Both the position numbers and the translations under genes were made by a program. From contig NC_043010.1 in the NCBI RefSeq assembly GCF_006345805.1, forward strand, positions 20,832,001 to 20,896,000: a DNA stretch of 64,000 nucleotides, in the 5' to 3' direction. The notes under the pieces are model-generated. The model was not told the DNA's origin, searched no databases, and saw only the letters and a program-made list of their open reading frames with translations. Every line of letters begins with the position of its first letter. The stretch's first letter is position 1. Shown here piece after piece: positions 1 to 11,774 of the stretch. This DNA is from Octopus sinensis. Lineage: Eukaryota.

Positions 1-60
1 ATGGTAAAACCATTGAATATTTCCGAATATTTAGTCTTTGAAAGTTGTCAAAATAAATAA

Positions 61-101
<41 letters not shown>

Positions 102-1049
102 CACACATGCAGATTACTACACTTAAGGTAGTAAGCTGAAATTAATTAGCTGTTGTAACTTAGAGGAATTAGTAATTTGCGTTAATTAAAATTCTTATTA
201 GGGTTATAATTTCGATGAGTTAAAAAGTAGTTTCCGCTCACTTAATCATGTATGATAACTAGTATACTTAACTGTATGTTACTCATGCAGAAGACCCACG
301 TGGGGAACTTTTTTTGCAGTGTCATTTCAACAAATAACAAATTATTACACTGAACGTGGGTGCTTATATGTGGTCACTCGATCGACTAGAAATAGCAGAC
401 AACTCTTCCTCAAATTATACCTTATTGCTAGAAGAATCAATGATTGGTTGGTGTTCTTTGAAATGCCTTTGGTAATAAATCTTCTCAGTAAGTGTTTAAT
501 GTTTAAACTATGGTTTTCTTGAGACAGATATCACTCCTCAACAAGAATGTTCTTCTATTTAGATGTCCGTTTCTTAAACTCAACGAGATCTCATCTGAGA
601 ATATCAGGGCTCAAACGACGCATTCAAGTTAGGACTATCCCAACAGTTTTTCTCAATTTAATATCAAAATATTCAATACAGTTTGAATTTTGTATATTTT
701 GGGGGGGCATCAGGCGATGAGAATGTGATTAAAGGGAGATTTGGTCGGTCTTTTATTGTCGTTTTCGTTGCTTAATTCAACTAGGCCCTGAATTAACAAA
801 CCTATGATCAAATAAATTTCAACCATCCTATATTTTAAGACGCATGTCTAAAACTACAGTATTCAGGGTGTCCTTTCCTTCTCTGAGCCAGTAAGGTTAT
901 AACAACACAAAACCCTGACTTCAAAATAAGAAGTTCAAGGAAATTCCCCCTGAAATATGATATAGACTTTTATTATTCATCGCCAGTAATAATCTCCCTA
1001 ATGGTGTGGTAAAAATTGGTTGAATATCTTGTTTCATGGTTTATTACAT

Positions 1050-1202
1050 GTTTAATGGTTTTATTTTTGTACACATATGTTGCCTTCCAAATGGTTTCTA
1101 ATATTTTCATTGGCGCTACTGTCTACGATAAATGACTTTTGTTCATTATTAAAGATTATTACATATTTTAATTGCTTCTTTTTGTTTTGTTTCTGTTGAC
1201 AG
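1050..1202 (+). promoter_or_regulatory. Conserved acceptor-proximal intronic block and 3' splice site, copy 1
   Basis: TTTGTACACAT.TGTTGCCTTCCAAATGGTTT...CATATTTTAATTGCTTCTTTTTGTTTTGTTTCTGTTGACAG, recognisable before all four exons; TTTAAT branch-like motif about 30 nt before the AG. Confidence 0.85.
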
Positions 1203-2123
1203 ATTTATTCCACGGTAACAATTACGTTTATTATACTTTCCGTAATATCTTTCATCGTAGTTACTCATCCTTGCTGCCGAATACAAGGCGATCGGGATTT
1301 TTTTGGAATGGTACACTTAAACGAAACGAGGGAGCAGGAATTTACCTCCATGCCTCATCCTGCGTTTATTGTAATTGATTTAGTTTGTCTCGCATTCTTT
1401 ACATGCGATTTGGCAATCAAATACTTCAGTTATCCAAACAGGAAGCTTTTCTTCATAAATGTATTGAATCTTGTGGATATTGCTTCGGTCTTACCTGATT
1501 TTATCGCTATTTTTATTAGCACTACACTGGATGTAGAAAAGGCCAATGAAGTAATGCACTACGTCAATATTTTAGGGTTATTTCGTTCCCTCAGGATTTT
1601 CCGATTGGCACGTTACGTCCCAGGATTGTGGATTTTGTTCTACACATTCAAAGCCAGTATCTGGGATTTGTTGTTGATGAACGGCTTTATGATGGTCGGT
1701 ATGATTGTATTTGCGACTTTAATTTATCATGCAGAAGATGATAATTTCAACAATATTCCTATTAGTCTGTGGTGGGCGCTGGTCACTATGACTACAGTTG
1801 GTTATGGAGATATGTTCCCATCAAATTTCTTTGGCTATATAGTTGGTTCCCTTTGCGCTATCACCGGCGTGTTAATGGTTGCTTTCACTGTTCCGATTAT
1901 TGTCAATAATTTCCTCATGTATTACACGTATTACATACACATTCAATCCAAACAAGAACTAAAGAGACGTCGGGAAAAACATAAGAAAAACGTTGAAAAA
2001 ACTGAAGAAGATAGCAAGGTTGGGGAAAGTGAAGAAGATGGTAACGTTGAGAAAAATAAAGAAGATGACAACGTTGAGAAAAAGGAAGAAGATGGCAACG
2101 TTGAGAAAAAAGAAGGAGGATGA
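1203..2123 (+). CDS. Shaw/Kv3-related K+ channel terminal coding exon, copy 1 (S1-S6 + C-tail, no T1 domain)
   Basis: Polypyrimidine tract + TTGACAG acceptor (AG 1201-1202). Phase-0 reading IYSTVTITFIILSVISFIVVTHP is in frame with ORF 1308..2123. S4 LFRSLRIFRLARY, pore WWALVTMTTVGYGDM, S6 AFTVPIIVNNFLMYY. The THP, PHPA and NFxMYYxH motifs match the Shaw/Kv3 pattern. Confidence 0.93.
   Translation: MYSTVTITFIILSVISFIVVTHPCCRIQGDRDFFGMVHLNETREQEFTSMPHPAFIVIDLVCLAFFTCDLAIKYFSYPNRKLFFINVLNLVDIASVLPDFIAIFISTTLDVEKANEVMHYVNILGLFRSLRIFRLARYVPGLWILFYTFKASIWDLLLMNGFMMVGMIVFATLIYHAEDDNFNNIPISLWWALVTMTTVGYGDMFPSNFFGYIVGSLCAITGVLMVAFTVPIIVNNFLMYYTYYIHIQSKQELKRRREKHKKNVEKTEEDSKVGESEEDGNVEKNKEDDNVEKKEEDGNVEKKEGG
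1989..2123 (+). repeat. Coding 27-nt tandem repeat x5 (NVEKxEEDx) in the copy 1 C-tail
   Basis: NVEKTEEDS/KVGESEEDG/NVEKNKEDD/NVEKKEEDG/NVEKKEGG*. Confidence 0.9.
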
Positions 2124-2439
2124 TAAACGAAAAATTGGATGGGTCAACGAAAGAAGCAAGATGAGAGTAGTCACCGATTCTTCAAGAGATACATGTACAG
2201 TTACAGTGAGTACAGCCGCAGAACGTTTAAATCAATACGCGCGAAGTTAACTTTCTAATCCTCCATTGTCAAACATCGATAGTCGCAAGCGATTGCATTT
2301 GGGTATGGCTAGAAGTTTAACGTCGGGCATTACTAACAAACAAACGAAAAATGGACAGTATCAGTTAAGAGATCCTTTTAAGCATCAGTTCAGAGACCCT
2401 AAATTTCAGCATTCTGCAAACATTATTGAGATATTTTAG
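2124..2439 (+). pseudogene. Out-of-frame relic of the ancestral C-tail after the copy 1 stop
   Basis: The +1 frame reads VTVSTAAERLNQYARS*LSNPP...KRLHLGMARS...NKQTKNG, alignable to the copy 2 and copy 3 tails. Confidence 0.75.
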
Positions 2440-3479
2440 ACGTTGCCGTCCATTTTAAGGGTGAGAATTCACATTTCGCCTCTGAACAAGATATAAATAC
2501 TATGAAAGCATTCGCATTATAAGACATTATTATTACCATTATTATAATTACTGGGGTAGGTCAAACTAGTGCAAACCGTAGAATGCCGGACGAATCGCTT
2601 TCCTTAATTAACTTCTTGCACTGAAATCCCGGTAAGATCGTATTTAATTTGGTCTCTCTTGGGTCGATGATTTCATTAGCTACAATTAACTGGAGTCGAT
2701 TCTTATAAACTACATCACATTCAATCACACAAAAGTAAGCATCAGATATGATGGCAGTAGTGATGATGATGTTGATGACGATAATAATAAAAATAACACT
2801 TTAATTTAATCACCAAGTCTAATATGCCAAAGAAAAGGGGCTAGTCGAATATATACACCGTAACACGTGACCAGTAGCTTATTAAAAGCAAAGTTGACCT
2901 GGGTAGGGTTTGAATTCCCTACTTAAAGGGGCCCCGAAAAAATGCTTTAAAATACTTTTTACCCACCACTATAATCCTATGTAAGAGGAATTCATTCAAT
3001 AAGATAATAAAAAAAACTACACATTCTGTACATAACACATGATCTAACATCATAGCATCGGTCATAGTCTAATAATATAACATACGACATAAATTGGCAC
3101 TCCGTCGGCGATGACGACGAGTGTTCCAGTTGATCCAATCAAAAGAACAGTTTACTCGCGAAATTAAGATGCAAGTGGCTGAGCACTCTACAGACATGCA
3201 TACCCTTAACGTAGTTCTCAGGGAGATTCAGTGTGGTATAGAATGGGAAAAGGCTGGCCCGTTTGAAAAATTCATTTTTGACCGTTGAGTGGACTGCAGC
3301 AATGTGAAATAAAGTGTCTTGCTCAAGGACACAACATGCAGCCTGGTCCGGGAATCGAAGTCGCGACGTTACGAGATCGTGAGTCGAATGCCCTAACCAT
3401 TAAACCACGTTATAACATCCAACCTAGCCTAACATAATAGCATCCGACATTATAATTTGAACAACATATGTTAACCTCA

Positions 3480-4100
3480 CTCCTCACTTCTTTGTTTATA
3501 ATATAACACACTAACAGAACACTTGCCCTACACAATCACAGTCCGATATTAAAACACACCACACATAGATAACACTAACAAGAAGGGATTCCAGTAAGGA
3601 GGAAACCACGGAACAGAATTGGGGGTAGAAACCTCGTGCAGTATCTGGGATTGCTATGCTTCATAAAAAGCTTTAAAAGGTCTTCGCCACCCCTTTAATA
3701 TATTATATTACCAGACTAGGCTCATTTCGTCTTGTCAATTTCTCTGCTCCTACCCTCCTTATCTCATACGTCCACACTAGGGAGCCGCACTTTTTTCTCA
3801 GTCCTTAGCTTGGTGTTTAAATTGTACTGAAATAAAGTGATGCGGGATGAGCTATCAGTTGCATCCACAGCACAATTTCCCTCACCACGGCCGCTAAACA
3901 AAGGAAAACTAGGCTGATTTGCATGAAATATGCATTCCTTGCCATCTAAAGAGATAAAAAAAAATCCGGCTTTCCAACTTCTCTCCCGGGCTGGGGGAGC
4001 ACATGGCAACATGGTCAATTTTTAAGCACCCACCTCCTTGTTCCTTCTGCTAGATATATTTTTTGTGATATCAATACGTTTTATTTGATTCCTAGCTGAA
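3480..4100 (-). mobile_element. L1/Tx1-like 3' remnant related to 6170-7030
   Basis: Minus-strand pieces (CAVDAT, FQYNLNTKLRTEKKVRLPS) align loosely to the 6354/6454 ORFs. Confidence 0.45.
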
Positions 4101-4587
4101 GTCTGTCGTTTGGTGTGTTTTAGACGGTGAGTTTATCAAAACCGTTTTCAAATTGAATATTTTGTCTGTTCAAATGTTATCAAATTCTTAATCATCCTTT
4201 TGGAATTCGGTGTAGTTGAAGAATTCGTCTGAGACTAATTGCTCCGGTTCTTATGCTTTTGTTGTTGTTGTTGTTGTTGTTATTGTTATTGTAGTTCTTT
4301 TTTTGTTGCTGGTTTATTTATTTCTGTTACTGTTTTTTTAAAAATTCTATCATTCCTTAGTTTTATTGCTGTTGTTGTTGTTACATTAGTTGCTGTTGTT
4401 GTTATGGAATTTGTTGCTGTTGTTGTTATGGAATTTGTTGCTGTTGTTGTTCTCTTTGTCTTGTTGGCTGTTTTATATATTGTCTTTTTTTTTGTTTTTG
4501 GTCATATCTTCTTCGTTTTCTGCTTGTTTATGTACCGTTTAAGTTTAACAATCAGTCTACATGATTTCCTCTTTGTGATTGTTCCTT

Positions 4588-4724
<137 letters not shown>

Positions 4725-5415
4725 ATTTTCGGAATCTTTGCGGTCTTCTTTGATGTCTTCCGCATTCCATTTGAGGAGTAAGAGCAATAGAAAATGGAAA
4801 AATTAGATACGACAGACAAGAATTCTTGTGGTGTTCAGGGGGAACACCATTATCACCATCACCGCCTCCATCACCGCTGCCGCCGCCTCGACGACGACCA
4901 CCATCACCACCACCAGCAACAACAGTAATAATCCTTCCGTCTATAGGTACACGGTCTGAAATTATGCGTCGATCACATCGACCCCAGTGCGCAACTGGTA
5001 CATATTTAATCGACCCCGAAGAGACAAAAGGCAAAGTCGGCCTCGGTGGAATTCGAACTCAGAACGCGAAGACAGATGAAATGTCGCTAAGCATTTTGTC
5101 CGGCAAACTAACCACCTTAATAATGCTAATAATCCTTTCTACTGTAAGCACAAGGCCTGAAATTTGGGGGGAAAGTTTAAGTCGATTACATCGACCCCAG
5201 TGTTTCACTGGTACTTAATTTATCGACCCCGAAAGGATGAAAGGCAAAGACGACCTTTGCAGGATTTGAACTCAGAAACGTACAGGCTGACGAAATACCG
5301 ATATGCATTTCGTCCAGCATGCTAACGATTCTGCTGAATTTGAACTCAGAACGCAGTAGCAGACGAAATATCACAGCATTTTACTCGACGTGCTAACGAC
5401 TCTGCCAGCTCGCCG

Positions 5416-5463
<48 letters not shown>

Positions 5464-5474
5464 TAATAATAATA

Positions 5475-5531
<57 letters not shown>

Positions 5532-5533
<2 letters not shown>

Positions 5534-5626
5534 TACCTTTATCAGACGGGTAGTCATGATGGGTATATTGGGCTTCGTATATTTTACCCCAGTGTCACTT
5601 TGATGGCATGCACTGCTCTCTCACTC

Positions 5627-5627
<1 letters not shown>
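5532..5627 (+). mobile_element. 5'-truncated copy of the 39171-39728 element
   Basis: TGTACCTTTATCAGACGGG...CTCTCTCACTC is the reverse complement of about 39172-39266. Confidence 0.8.
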
Positions 5628-5720
<93 letters not shown>

Positions 5721-5952
5721 TCAAATTTTTGCCACAAGGGCAGCTTGGGGGAGGTGGGGATGTGTTAATTACATCGACCCCAGGGTTTCCACTGGTACTT
5801 ATTTTATCGATCTCGAAAGGAGGAAAGGTAAAGTCAATCTCGGTGGAATTTGAATTCAGAACGTAGCGACGGGCGAAACACCGCTGAGCACTTCGTCCAG
5901 CCTTCTTGATAATAATAATGATGATGATGATAATAATAATAATAATAATAAC

Positions 5953-5989
<37 letters not shown>

Positions 5990-6169
5990 GTAATAGTAAT
6001 AATAATAGAATACCTAGATGCATTCACTCTCAATCCCAACAGAAGCAACGAAAAACAAATAGAAACAAAGTCAAGTAACTCATAAAAGGACGAGAAACCG
6101 CCATGTTGTTTGCGTGGTTATTCATTATGACTTGGAATCTGAAAGTTTTCTATTTCGGGTCATGAAACA

Positions 6170-7030
6170 GGCGGTCTTAATGGTGGAGTATCGTGTGAGC
6201 ATAATCGTTTCCTGAACGCGCTTTTACGCAACTCGACCCCTTGACGGATCAACAGTCTTGGATCAGGCGTAGACTGAGGCAGGGAGCTTAGCACGTAGAG
6301 TGTATCCAAGCACTCACAGCCCTGGATAATTTCCAGAAATCCCTGTCCTAGCAATGCTACCGGGTGTGCTGTCAGTCGGGCTTGTGCGAGATGCACGCGG
6401 AGCGATGAATCCGTTCTGCATGCTCTCGTACTGTGTCCGCGCATTGCTGACTTGTGAGCTTTATCGAACAATTATTGTCACGTGTAGGACGGATTCAGCT
6501 ATCGTCCGGGTCCACTGTGAAGATCGCCGCGCCCTCTTCCTTTGGACGGGAAGGGAGGGTAACTTTTCTCTGTCAGGTGGCTATGGCAAAAGAGGTTGTG
6601 TGGTGGACGCGATTGAAAGGGTTGGAGACGAGTACCTTCCTCTTTGGCCAAAGCCCCATTGACTTTTTCATGTTCCACCTGAAAAGGAAAGTGAGGCTGG
6701 AGAGGGAGGTACTCTCACCCAGTAGGTTCGTTGAAAGGTGGGTGACTGTAGCAAGAATGGCCCACGTGAATGGGTCTACTCTAAGTGTGCGCCTATAGTT
6801 CGGATGGAAGAGAGAAGAGAGGGCGTCTTCCTGAGGAGGCTTTGGTATTAAGGGGTCCAAAGTGCGTGAGGATTCTTTGGTCACCTTACGGTAGAATTCC
6901 CCACTATTGGAGAAGCATATTGTTGATCTCTTTGTTAATCGTGTTTGTTTGCTGTTTACACGTTTAACCTCACTGTCCCTCGTCTGTGCATCGTTCTATG
7001 TTTTGTGTTCGGCTCTGGTGGCCAATAAAG
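6170..7030 (+). mobile_element. L1/Tx1-like ORF2 3' remnant
   Basis: AKEVVWWTR...FHLKRKVRLEREVLS..FVERW C-terminal pattern, disrupted, followed by a 3' UTR with AATAAA. Confidence 0.55.
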
Positions 7031-8009
7031 TCCCTATTTCCACCAAGTGACTGAGTATTCTTGTTTGAAATTAATCTTTATATAAGTTTGCTGCGACAAA
7101 ACTGGCCCTTCAAATGAACAAGCTGTTCTACCCAGTTTTCTTCAACTCACCTTCATACACACAAAACGATGGTATAACCGTTGGGCAGGGTTTGCCTCAG
7201 TCAATTACTGTGGACCCAATCATCGAGTCTGCTGACGTAACTAAATTGATGCATATGGTTTTCAATAATCGGTTTGGATAATTAGTGAATATCTAAGAAC
7301 ATCCTGGTCATGTGACAAGGGTGGGTGCCACGGTCGGACCTCTGTTGGCCGGGCAAAGCGAGGATCATCTTGAAACGAAATATTTCCCGATCGAAATCTT
7401 GAAAACCATTTTTAACACACGTTCTCTAACAGTACTCTCTCTGCACGCAGCGCATATCTTCCAACACGTTTCTGCTGCTTTCTTTCCTTCTTCTTAAATA
7501 AAAGCATTAAGTGATTATACTGTTCTCTTTGGTTCCCCATTTGCAGGGTGGTCCCAAGCACACAAAATACAAACTCTTTCGTCACAAGTTCACGTCAAAT
7601 ATCTAACATGTGTGCATGCGCAAGGGACAAATTGAAGTTAGCTACTTATTAGAGTGCTTGAAGTGTTATGTCGACAAAGCCCTATATATATATATATATA
7701 TATTGTAGTAGTAGTAGTAGTAGTACTAGTAGTAGTAGTAGTAGTAGTAACAATAATAATAATAGTAATAATAGTAATAATAGTAGGGAATATAATTCCA
7801 AACTTACAGGGAAAAATTCAATTTAGCAATTCTAAATCAAATTTCACAATATATAATATATGTATATAATTTTGAGAAAAACCTCTATTAAACAATACAA
7901 TAATGAAAGATGTTATTCACACCATATAGAATACATAAACTATACAAGATATATTCTTTTCTAGATGGTATAGGAATATCTTTCAAAGATGAATTCCAAT
8001 ATATATATA

Positions 8010-8090
<81 letters not shown>

Positions 8091-8983
8091 CATGCATATC
8101 ATGTGTGTGTGTGCGCGCGCAAGCAGATATTGAAGAGGCAATGTTTACGCGTTGGTTGCGATTTGATTGATAGAATGTGAGATCAATAAACTATATGACA
8201 CTCATTAAAGTTATTGATTTTTGCTCTCATTTTACGTAGAGGTGTTACATACGAGAAAGAAGAATGGTAAAACTCAAAGCGAACCTCTACTGCCCCTATC
8301 TTCGAATACATCATTTCGTGAACCCAAGAAACTTCCAGGACATTTGTGAAGGCTGATTCAGAGCAAAAGAAGCAGACGTCGAAGATGCGCCATACTTTCT
8401 GTCTGCTATGTTCCGAGATGTATCGCATGCTATGCTTTATTTCGATTGAATCTATATTCGAGCACAAAAGACCCTTTTCGGTAGTTATTTATCAATAACA
8501 AACTAATACGAAACTGTACGAATGACTTTTGAAAAAAAAGAGAAAATATATTTTGTTATAACAAGTTATATTCTGATATTTATTTTCGATTGAGTAATAT
8601 TTGAAACAAGGCACAGGAAATACGAAGGAAAATAAAATGTAAAAACGAAACGAGCAATAAAATAAAAGTCTGTCTACTGAGGAGGATACGGTGTTATTAA
8701 TTATAAATTGTGTTTGTTTAGGTGAGGCTGAGGTATGTGTCTTTTATCTTTGAATTGTTTCAATCATTGGGTTGCAGTCACGCTGGGGCAAAGCCTTGAA
8801 CGATTTTGTTGAACAAACCCACCCCGGGACTTACTGTTAAAGCCTGGTACTTAGTCTATCGCACTCTCTTTATCGAAATACCAAGTTACGCGGATGTAAA
8901 CAAACCAACGCCGGTTGTCAAGCGGGAGTGGGAGGGAGATAAACACACGCACATAAACACGCATATGGATAGATGTATATATA

Positions 8984-9355
8984 TCTCTCTCTATATAAAC
9001 GGCAGTTTGTCTGTGTGTCTGTTTGGTTGTACCCTCACTCTGACCACGGCTTTCAACCGATTTTGATGAAACTTGACACACACATAGCCCAATGTCATAA
9101 TTCAAAACTAACGCAGCGAAAATTTTGAAAAGTTCCCCCAGTTCTGAAAAAAATCGATAAATTCGACATGGGGTCGAGAATCAGAAACACAAACCACAGC
9201 CTGTCTAGGGGACGCAACTCAACCTTTTTAACTCTCAAAAAAATTTACCATCATTTTTTCCCCATTTTTTTTGCTATTTTTTGGCTATAACTCTCTAAAA
9301 ATGCTTTATAGTTATTTCCCTTACAAACCCGAGCAACGCCGGGCGATACTGCTAG
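8984..9355 (+). mobile_element. Non-autonomous Helitron
   Basis: 5' TC(TC)nTATATAAA start after A; subterminal hairpin CCCGAGCAACGCCGGG (9328-9343); 3' CTAG followed by T. Confidence 0.75.
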
Positions 9356-9387
<32 letters not shown>

Positions 9388-9439
9388 TGTTTTCTACACC
9401 ACCTGTCTTCGTCTTTTGTTTTCTTGCAAATTGTCTCCC

Positions 9440-9495
<56 letters not shown>

Positions 9496-9693
9496 GAGTA
9501 ATTGAATGAATTATCTTATTAAGGATAATTCGAAAGATAACCGATACCTGGGTAGCAAATTCACATCAGAAAGAACACGGTTGAAGCTACGTCCATAGGG
9601 CATAGACTACGTGTCTTCGTGCGGAAATTTGTATGTTTATTTTAAAATTATAAGTATATGAAAGAATGGAGTTGAACGACTAGTTAACAAGTA

Positions 9694-9790
9694 TCCTTTA
9701 TTCTCGACATATGTTTCGAAGGCTGCATATTCCTAATTCCGAAGGAATAAGGAGTACATTATGCAGATTTCTCATCAGGAAAATCAAGGA
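9694..9790 (-). ncRNA. Type I hammerhead ribozyme motif, mirror copy
   Basis: Reverse complement of 9901-9997 in the left arm of the palindrome. Confidence 0.8.
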
Positions 9791-9900
9791 ACTTATGTCG
9801 ACATCAAAATGCACAAAAAACTTTTAGCTGACCGCTCTCAAGGAGCTCCTTGAGAGCGGTCAGCTAAACGTTTTTTGTGCATTTTGATGTCGACATAAGT

Positions 9901-9997
9901 TCCTTGATTTTCCTGATGAGAAATCTGCATAATGTACTCCTTATTCCTTCGGAATTAGGAATATGCAGCCTTCGAAACATATGTCGAGAATAAAGGA
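9901..9997 (+). ncRNA. Type I hammerhead ribozyme motif (Penelope-like, extended stem II)
   Basis: Stem I TCCTTGATTTTC/GAGAATAAAGGA; CTGATGA 9913-9919; stem II GAA..CTGCATA...TATGCAG..TTC; GAAA 9974-9977; palindromic stem III ACATATGT; GTC cleavage triplet ending at 9985. Confidence 0.8.
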
Positions 9998-10689
9998 TAC
10001 TTGTTAACTAGTCGTTCAACTCCATTCTTTCATATACTTATATGTATAAATATATATATATATATACAACGGGTTTCTTTCAGTTTCCGTTTATCAAATC
10101 TACTCTCAAAGCTGTAGTCGGCTTTAGTTGAGGGCACGCGCTCAATGTGCTACACGGTGGGACCGAACACGGAACCATGTGGTTGGGAAGCAAACTTCTT
10201 ACCACACAGCCACATCTGCACCTGAGAGAAAATTGTGTAAAATGAGTTACAATAGTTGAAAAAAAAAGTGGGAGATAGGCACATGCGTGGCTGAGTGGGA
10301 AGAAGCTTACTTCCCAACCAAATGGTTCTGTGTTCAGTTCCACCATGTAGCACCTTGGGCAAGTGCGCACGAGTGAATTTTGTAGGCAGAAACATGTTCC
10401 GCATTATGACGACGCAACTTCGCCGTCTGCGTGACTGACCAGAACAGCGTAGCTCACTGTCTGATACTGCTTGCTGTGTTTGTTCGCTATTCATCAGTAG
10501 GGAAACAGCCCACTTCTCACTTGGAAGTGTCCGCCACGACATTTCCCCCCTTTGAAATTTTTTTCCTCTTTCACACAATATCATTGTTTTTTTTAATCTT
10601 CAGTCTACATTGTTTACCGGTAGCGCTACTAACACAAAGCAACTTGACGAAAATCCTTCACACGGACTTACCATTATTATTATTATTAT

Positions 10690-11337
<648 letters not shown>

Positions 11338-11707
11338 GTTTATCTTCCAGACAGAATAATTTTTCTCTTCAGAATGCCGCAGGTAGTACCAGTCTACATC
11401 GTTAATCTGTAGCGCTGCTTACACATAGCGAACTGACAGAAATCTTACTAACGGAGTTATATTATTTTTCACTGTGTGTAGTCCAGTTCTGTGTTAGTCT
11501 AATCTGTTACTGAGTGTTGTTCGACTCCTCGTCGCCACTGATATGTCCCGCATTATGACGACATAACTTCGCCATCTGCATGAAGCCCGAACAGCGTACT
11601 TCACTGACTGGCCTTGCTTGCTGTGTCTGTTCACTGTTTATCAGTAATGGAACAGCCCACTTCTCACTTGGGGGTGTCAACCAAACAAAACTGAAAGAAG
11701 CCCGTCG

Positions 11708-11774
<67 letters not shown>

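Larger units (their letters stand above)
9649..10042. repeat. 394-bp spacer-less palindrome (197-bp arms)
   Basis: Centre AAGGAG|CTCCTT at 9845/9846; arms are reverse complements with one mismatch that I can see. Confidence 0.95.

Noticed and set aside
8180-8500. Cys-rich piggyBac-like C-terminal relic (also 12540-13100)
   Set aside because: The resemblance is too weak and fragmented to call.
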